Assembly (NCBI GenBank): GCA_045600585.1
Contig: JAZRYE010000032.1
Location: 12,351 to 76,350, forward strand
Length of the DNA stretch: 64,000 nucleotides
From: Bacilli bacterium
Lineage (GTDB): Bacteria > Bacillota_I > Bacilli_A > RFN20 > CAG-826
Direction: 5' to 3'
The position numbers and the translations under genes were made by a program. Shown in pieces: positions 59,049 through 64,000 of this stretch. The notes under the pieces were generated by a model. The model had not been told where the DNA came from. It worked only from the letters and a program-made list of their open reading frames with translations, and searched no databases. Every line of letters begins with the position of its first letter. The first letter of the stretch is position 1.

Positions 59049-59741
59049 TTAGTCTATCATATCTAAAAGATATTTAATATCAAATTCAGTAAATAATTCT
59101 TTTTTATATTCTTCGTTATTTGCTTTTAACTTTTTCATATCCATCTTAATCTTTTCGATATTTAATTTATTGATTAAATCTTTGTTTCTTTTGATTGATT
59201 CTTTTAATTCGTCATCAATAACAAAATCAAAATCTAAAGCAAATCTAATTGCACGTAATATTCTTAATGGGTCTTCTTTTAATCTGACGTCTGGATTACC
59301 TACCATACGAATGACTTTGTTTGTTAAATCTTTTTGTCCATCAACATAATCATAAATATTCATCTCATCATCCATATACATTGCATTAATCGTAAAATCA
59401 CGTCTAAAGTAATCTTCTTTTAAATCACGAACAAAAGTGACTTTTAATGGATGCCTACTATCAACATATGATTCTTCTTTTCTTAAAGTGGTTACATCAA
59501 ATTTAACTCCACTGCTTTTAATACGCATTGATCCCATTCTGGCAAAAGTGAAATCAGCATCAGGTAAAAAGCTCTTAACTTCATCAGGAGTTGCATCTGT
59601 GACAGCATCCATATCATCTAAAGAGTTATTTAAAAGATAATCTCTAACTGTTCCTCCAACTAAATAAAGAGAATAGTTATGACTTTTAAATATTTTGGAT
59701 AATTCAATAAATGCATTTAATTTCTCATTCATAGTATTCAT
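59049..59741 (-). CDS. short class-II nucleotidyltransferase (CCA-adding/poly(A) polymerase head+neck only, 230 aa)
   Basis: Head-domain motif LVGGTVRDYLLNNSLDDMDAVTD and RILRAIRFA neck helix. Lacks the body/tail domains of full-length CCA enzymes of about 400 aa. Confidence 0.65.
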   Translation of the reverse strand: MNTMNEKLNAFIELSKIFKSHNYSLYLVGGTVRDYLLNNSLDDMDAVTDATPDEVKSFLPDADFTFARMGSMRIKSSGVKFDVTTLRKEESYVDSRHPLKVTFVRDLKEDYFRRDFTINAMYMDDEMNIYDYVDGQKDLTNKVIRMVGNPDVRLKEDPLRILRAIRFALDFDFVIDDELKESIKRNKDLINKLNIEKIKMDMKKLKANNEEYKKELFTEFDIKYLLDMID

Positions 59742-59799
59742 ATTATCACAAAATAAAAGAACCGGTTTAACCGATTCTTCAATTCATATGATAAGTTAA

Positions 59800-60084
59800 T
59801 TATTTAACAATCTTAGCTTTTAAAGCTTTAGACATTTTGAAAGAAATAGAGCGTCTTTCTTTAATAGTGATGATTTTATGAGTTTTTGGATCAGTTCCTT
59901 CTCTTTGCTTACGAACATTAGGAACAAATGTACCAAAGTTTGTAATATTAACTTCTTTACCTTCTAATAATGCTTCTTCCATTAAATCAAATACCAAATC
60001 CATTGCAACACGAGCGTCTCTTTTTGATAAGTGACCTTTTTCTGCAACGATTTCAACAAGCTCATTTTTATTTAATTTTTCCAT
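59800..60084 (-). CDS. hup: DNA-binding protein HU
   Basis: HU fold with GFGTF-like arm NFGTF. 94 aa. Confidence 0.9.
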   Translation of the reverse strand: MEKLNKNELVEIVAEKGHLSKRDARVAMDLVFDLMEEALLEGKEVNITNFGTFVPNVRKQREGTDPKTHKIITIKERRSISFKMSKALKAKIVK

Positions 60085-60207
60085 AATAATCTCCCCTATC
60101 AGATAACCTTATTTTAACGAATATTAAATTTATAAAAAGTGTTTCATATAAAAAATTGACACTAGTCCAAATAATGTAAAATAAATTTTGATTTTTAATC
60201 CGATTTG

Positions 60208-60237
60208 TTGAAAATAAAACCGTCATTTTGCTGACGG
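60208..60237 (-). terminator. terminator 3' of der
   Basis: AACCGTCA-N6-TGACGGTT plus UUUUAUUUU on the minus-strand RNA. Confidence 0.65.
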
Positions 60238-61563
60238 TTATTTTTCTCCTTTTTCTCTCTTTTTTCTTCTAAGAGTTATTTTGATTGGAGTTCCTTCAAA
60301 GTTGAAAGTCTCTCTTAATCTATTTTCAATATATCTCTTATATGAGAAATGCATGTAATCAGGTTCATTGACGAACAAGACAATTTCTGGTGGGGCAGAA
60401 CTTGTTTGTGATGCATAATAGATTTTTAATCTTCCTCCATTAAAGTTTGGAGTTTGGTTCATAAACTGTGCATCTTGAATAACTTCGTTAAGTAAACTTG
60501 TTTTAATTCTTGTATAGTATGCTTCATGAACCATATCAAGAGTTTCAAATATTGTATTGATTCTGCTCTTTTTTAATGCGGATACAAAGCAAACAGGTGC
60601 GTAATCTAAGAACTTATATTCATCACGGATAATCTTTGTATAATCAGACATTGTGTTTGTTTCTTTATCGACAATATCCCATTTATTAACAACGACTATA
60701 ATTGCTTTATGCAAATCAGTGGCGTATTGAATAACGTGTTTATCTTGATCTGTAATACCTTCTTTACCATCTAATACAAGAAGGACAATTTCACTTCTTT
60801 CAATAGCTTTTAAAGCACGTATCGCAGAGAATTTATCAATTGATTCGTATATCTTGCCACGTTTCTTAAGGCCCGCAGTATCGATAACGATATAGTTTTT
60901 ACCATTTCTAGTAAAAGGTGTATCGATAGAGTCTCTTGTTGTTCCGGAAATATTAGAAACAATAACTCTTTCTTGATTTAATAAAGCGTTAACTAATGAT
61001 GATTTACCAACATTAGGTCTACCAACCATGCAGAAGGTAACTTGGTTTTCATCAATTTCTTCTTCCCCTTCAGGAATGACTTCGACAATCTTATTTAAAA
61101 GATCACCAATACCAATGCCGTGAACCCCAGAAACTGCAATTGGTTCACCTAAGCCTAAGGCATAGAATTCTTGTGTTTCTGACATATGAATGCCTTCATC
61201 AATCTTATTAACTGCTAAAATAACTGGCTTATCTACTTTGTAGAGCATTCTAGCAACAACACGGTCATCTGTTGTAATACCAACTCTACCATCAGTAACG
61301 AAAACAATAACATCAGCTTCATCAATAGCGATTTGAGCTTGGGCTCTAATTTGTTCTTGAAAAGGACGATTTGCTAATTCAACTCCGCCTGTATCAATAA
61401 TGGAGAATTTATGGCCTAACCATTCACATGGTGCGTAAAGTCTATCTCTAGTAATACCAGCTTCATCATCAACGATTGCTTGTCTTTCGCCAATGAAACG
61501 ATTAAAAATAGTCGATTTACCGACGTTTGGGCTACCAACAATAGCGACAACTGCTTTAGGCAT
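60238..61563 (-). CDS. der: ribosome-assembly GTPase Der (EngA), tandem GTPase domains
   Basis: Two G1 motifs GSPNVGKST and GRPNVGKSS plus a KH-like C-terminus. Confidence 0.9.
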   Translation of the reverse strand: MPKAVVAIVGSPNVGKSTIFNRFIGERQAIVDDEAGITRDRLYAPCEWLGHKFSIIDTGGVELANRPFQEQIRAQAQIAIDEADVIVFVTDGRVGITTDDRVVARMLYKVDKPVILAVNKIDEGIHMSETQEFYALGLGEPIAVSGVHGIGIGDLLNKIVEVIPEGEEEIDENQVTFCMVGRPNVGKSSLVNALLNQERVIVSNISGTTRDSIDTPFTRNGKNYIVIDTAGLKKRGKIYESIDKFSAIRALKAIERSEIVLLVLDGKEGITDQDKHVIQYATDLHKAIIVVVNKWDIVDKETNTMSDYTKIIRDEYKFLDYAPVCFVSALKKSRINTIFETLDMVHEAYYTRIKTSLLNEVIQDAQFMNQTPNFNGGRLKIYYASQTSSAPPEIVLFVNEPDYMHFSYKRYIENRLRETFNFEGTPIKITLRRKKREKGEK

Positions 61564-62231
61564 TATTTCTTCTCCTTTAATTTTTCATTAACAATTTTAA
61601 TAATCTCATCCACTACTTCTTCAATAGATAAATGGGAGGTATCTAATAATACTGAATCTTCTGCTGGTTTTAAAGGTGCAAAAGCGCGATGAGAATCGAT
61701 ATAATCTCTTTTTCTTACATCTTCTTGAATTTCTTCTAAAGTACAAGCTATGCCTTTAGAAATATTTTCGTCATATCTTCTTTGTGCGCGTGTTTCAACA
61801 CTAGCAATTTGATAAATCTTAACTTGAGCGTTTGGTAAGACATATGTTCCGATATCTCTACCATCCATAATAACAGAAGTTGATTCTGCCATTTTTCTTT
61901 GTAAGACAACAAGAGCAAGTCTTATTTCTTTATAAGAAGCAATATAACTGACATTACCAGAAACTCTAGTTTCTCTTACTTCTCTAGATACATCTATTCC
62001 ATTACATAAGACTACGTGATTTGGTTTTAATTCAATATTTACTTCAGGGATGAGTTTGCAGCATGCTTCTTCATCTTGGCAGTTAATGCCTTTTTCAAGG
62101 CAATACCAAGTAAAAGCACGATACATAGCGCCTGTATCAATATAAGTATAGCCAAGTTTTTCTGCAACTAACTTAGCGACGGTTGATTTACCGGCTGCGG
62201 CAGGTCCATCAATAGCAACAGCAATATTCAT
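61563..62231 (-). CDS. cmk: cytidylate kinase
   Basis: P-loop DGPAAAGKSTVA. 222 aa. Confidence 0.9.
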   Translation of the reverse strand: MNIAVAIDGPAAAGKSTVAKLVAEKLGYTYIDTGAMYRAFTWYCLEKGINCQDEEACCKLIPEVNIELKPNHVVLCNGIDVSREVRETRVSGNVSYIASYKEIRLALVVLQRKMAESTSVIMDGRDIGTYVLPNAQVKIYQIASVETRAQRRYDENISKGIACTLEEIQEDVRKRDYIDSHRAFAPLKPAEDSVLLDTSHLSIEEVVDEIIKIVNEKLKEKK

Positions 62232-62241
62232 ATAGGCACCT

Positions 62242-62670
62242 CTACTTTCTAAATAATATAATCGCGGTTACAACAAGTAAAACAATAACAACCACTACTC
62301 CACCAATGATGAGACTCTTTTTAATTAATTCATCTCTTCTCATTTTCTTTTCTCTTTCATCTTTTTGTTTCATATCATCTTCATGGATTTTTCCATAAAC
62401 TTCATTATATGAAAGAGTTGATGTAGTTGTGTTACCAGAGAATGTATTTTTGATTTTCTCATCCTTAACTACATCATTTGGATTTTTAATATCAGGAGCA
62501 GTTTCATTGATAATAGATGATCTATAGTTTTTGTATTTATTTACTCTTGTTGTTTCCATTTTTTCACTCACTGCATATATTCTAATAGGATTAGAATCAT
62601 TTTTGTAGTCAAAATACCAAAAATAGTTTTTTGTTGAAGAAGAGACTATCAAAAGATATAATTTAGTCAA
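62242..62670 (-). CDS. hypothetical C-terminally membrane-anchored protein
   Basis: Single C-terminal transmembrane helix LIIGGVVVVIVLLVVTAIILF. The true start may be the internal METTR (about 62562). Confidence 0.45.
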   Translation of the reverse strand: MTKLYLLIVSSSTKNYFWYFDYKNDSNPIRIYAVSEKMETTRVNKYKNYRSSIINETAPDIKNPNDVVKDEKIKNTFSGNTTTSTLSYNEVYGKIHEDDMKQKDEREKKMRRDELIKKSLIIGGVVVVIVLLVVTAIILFRK

Positions 62671-62692
62671 ACCATTAAGGAGGCATTGTTAA

Positions 62693-62869
62693 ATGGCAAA
62701 GAAAAAAGTAACAATCGATCCAAATGCATGCATTATGTGTGGAGCTTGTGTAGGCTCTTACCCAGATGATTTCAAATTTGGTGATACCGGTGTTGCAGAA
62801 CCAGTTACAGGTGAAGCTGAAGAAGAAGCAGCTGATGTCTGCCCAGTTGGTGCAATCTCATTAGAGTAA
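62693..62869 (+). CDS. fdx: small 4Fe-4S ferredoxin (58 aa; below the ORF-track length cutoff)
   Basis: AAGGAGG RBS 9 nt upstream. CIMCGACVGSYP...CPVGAI cluster motif. Terminator AACTAGGAA-N6-TTCCTAGTT plus T-run at 62879-62912. Confidence 0.75.
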   Translation: MAKKKVTIDPNACIMCGACVGSYPDDFKFGDTGVAEPVTGEAEEEAADVCPVGAISLE

Positions 62870-62937
62870 CTATATGAAAAGAACTAGGAATTCAACTTCC
62901 TAGTTTTTTTCTACTCTTTTTTCTATTATTGAGCTTT

Positions 62938-63768
62938 TTACGAAAGCTCTTTTTCTTTTTCTGCAGTGATCTTGTTAAGCAATTTATGGATGCGTTTATA
63001 TAATAAGAACGTTAACAAGAATAAAATCAAATAACGTAATAAATTAAATGGAAGAACACCAATAAAGATGTAATAAATCATAAAGTTTTCTACCGTAACA
63101 TTACCCATATATGAAAGAGCACCAGCAAGATATTCCATTGAGAATCCTGCAATTTTTATATAGGCAGGAATAAGAACAAGCCAGTTAATAACACAAGCAA
63201 TTAAAGTGCAAAAGCACATAGCAATTGCTGAGCCAACTAAAGCACCTTTAAGATTGTGATATTTCTTATAAATCATGCCTGTAATTATCACTAGTGATAA
63301 TCCTAATAATAAATCAGCAAATTCACCTACTCCAACGGTAAATGTACCAGGTAATTTAGTTAAGAATCTAACAAATATTACGATACATCCGGCATACGGT
63401 CCATAAGCAAAAGTCGTAATAAGAGCAGGAAGTTCACTCACATTAAATAAATCAAGCCAAGGTGGGAAAAACGGAACCTTTGGAATATAGCTAGCAATAT
63501 AATAGAAAATAATAGTTAATGCAGATTGAACACCAATCATCGTTACTTCTTTAACGGTAAAGACGTGTTTTTTAGCGAATGATTGATAAATGAACATAAC
63601 ACCAATAAAAGTAACTAAAGCTCCGGCAATAGCAATCGCGGAATACCATGTAGTAGTTGTTTCTTTTTCTTTTACAAAGAACGCTAAAACAATTAAGCCT
63701 GCACCAATTAACGTGGTAGCGATACCAATAATTAATTTTGCAAGTCGACTGAGTTTTGATTTTTCCAT
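62938..63768 (-). CDS. polytopic membrane protein, putative riboflavin transporter (FMN-riboswitch regulated)
   Basis: 276 aa with about 7 hydrophobic helices. Directly downstream of the FMN riboswitch. Family not identified. Confidence 0.5.
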   Translation of the reverse strand: MEKSKLSRLAKLIIGIATTLIGAGLIVLAFFVKEKETTTTWYSAIAIAGALVTFIGVMFIYQSFAKKHVFTVKEVTMIGVQSALTIIFYYIASYIPKVPFFPPWLDLFNVSELPALITTFAYGPYAGCIVIFVRFLTKLPGTFTVGVGEFADLLLGLSLVIITGMIYKKYHNLKGALVGSAIAMCFCTLIACVINWLVLIPAYIKIAGFSMEYLAGALSYMGNVTVENFMIYYIFIGVLPFNLLRYLILFLLTFLLYKRIHKLLNKITAEKEKELS

Positions 63769-63792
63769 AGATGTTCCTCCTTCTAATAAAAA

Positions 63793-63942
63793 AATCCTGA
63801 ACTCAGGATCTTGGTTAATAGATTAAATCTATTTGCCTTCTTTCATCCAGACTTTACTGTCGCCACTGGATTCGCACCAGTTCAGTCAATAGACTCGCGG
63901 GGTTTACCGCCGGTAGGGAATTGCACCCGACCCTGAAGCATT
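63793..63942 (-). ncRNA. FMN riboswitch (RFN element) with terminator expression platform
   Basis: Minus-strand CUUCAGGGUCGGGUGCAAUUCCCUACCGGCGGUAAACCCCGCGAG...GGUGCGAAUCCAG...GCGACAGUAAAGUCUGGAUGAAAGAAGG matches RFN conserved blocks. It is followed by hairpin GATCCTGA-GT-TCAGGATC plus a U-run, then the GAAGGAGG RBS. Confidence 0.85.
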
Positions 63943-64000
63943 TTTAATATTATCCACTACTCTTAATAAATATTAAAGAGGTTTTTTCTTTATCGAGGCA

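Noticed and set aside
1-64000. Mobile elements, prophage, CRISPR arrays or restriction-modification/defence genes
   Set aside because: There is no transposase, integrase, recombinase, terminal inverted repeat pair, regularly spaced direct-repeat array or cas-like ORF anywhere in the window. The tRNA-adjacent region at 19.8-23.3 kb shows no tRNA 3'-end direct repeat that would mark an integration boundary.

Overview
This 64 kb window is low-GC (about 30%) Firmicutes-type chromosomal DNA, densely packed with housekeeping genes. Gene order matches Bacillus in several places: pgsA-cinA-recA-(gap)-rny-ymdB, miaB-ymcA, gpsB-rnpB, dnaD-nth, recU, der-cmk, hup. The 5' end (1-9.2 kb) is a polysaccharide (probably pectin-type) utilisation locus: a sugar-binding lipoprotein, two GH28 hydrolases, a secreted 617-aa protein, an (alpha/alpha)6-barrel hydrolase and a membrane transporter. 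Central metabolism genes include metK, cysE, cysK, mgtE, gpmI, pgi, ispD, ispF, argS, ychF and fhs. RNA genes not given by the ORF track are seven tRNAs (a Val-Tyr-Gln-Lys-Leu array plus single Leu-GAG and Gln-CUG), a type-B RNase P RNA between pgsA and gpsB, a divergent SAM-I (S-box) leader upstream of metK, and an FMN riboswitch at the 3' window edge upstream of a membrane transporter. I found no transposase, integrase, phage gene or CRISPR array. The parts that look accessory or poorly understood are these: (1) a GC-rich, clearly structured, roughly 310 bp non-coding segment plus a small unknown protein immediately 3' of tRNA-Leu(GAG); (2) a translationally coupled flavodoxin/4Fe-4S protein plus extended-SDR protein pair; (3) two tandem paralogous lipoproteins with a hypervariable middle; (4) a tiny hydrophobic peptide ORF in the recA-rny gap; (5) an unknown 296-aa protein co-transcribed with metK under the S-box; and (6) a PduL plus TSCPD pair at the head of the cysK-cysE operon. 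All calls come from reading the sequence and remembered family motifs. No database search was run.
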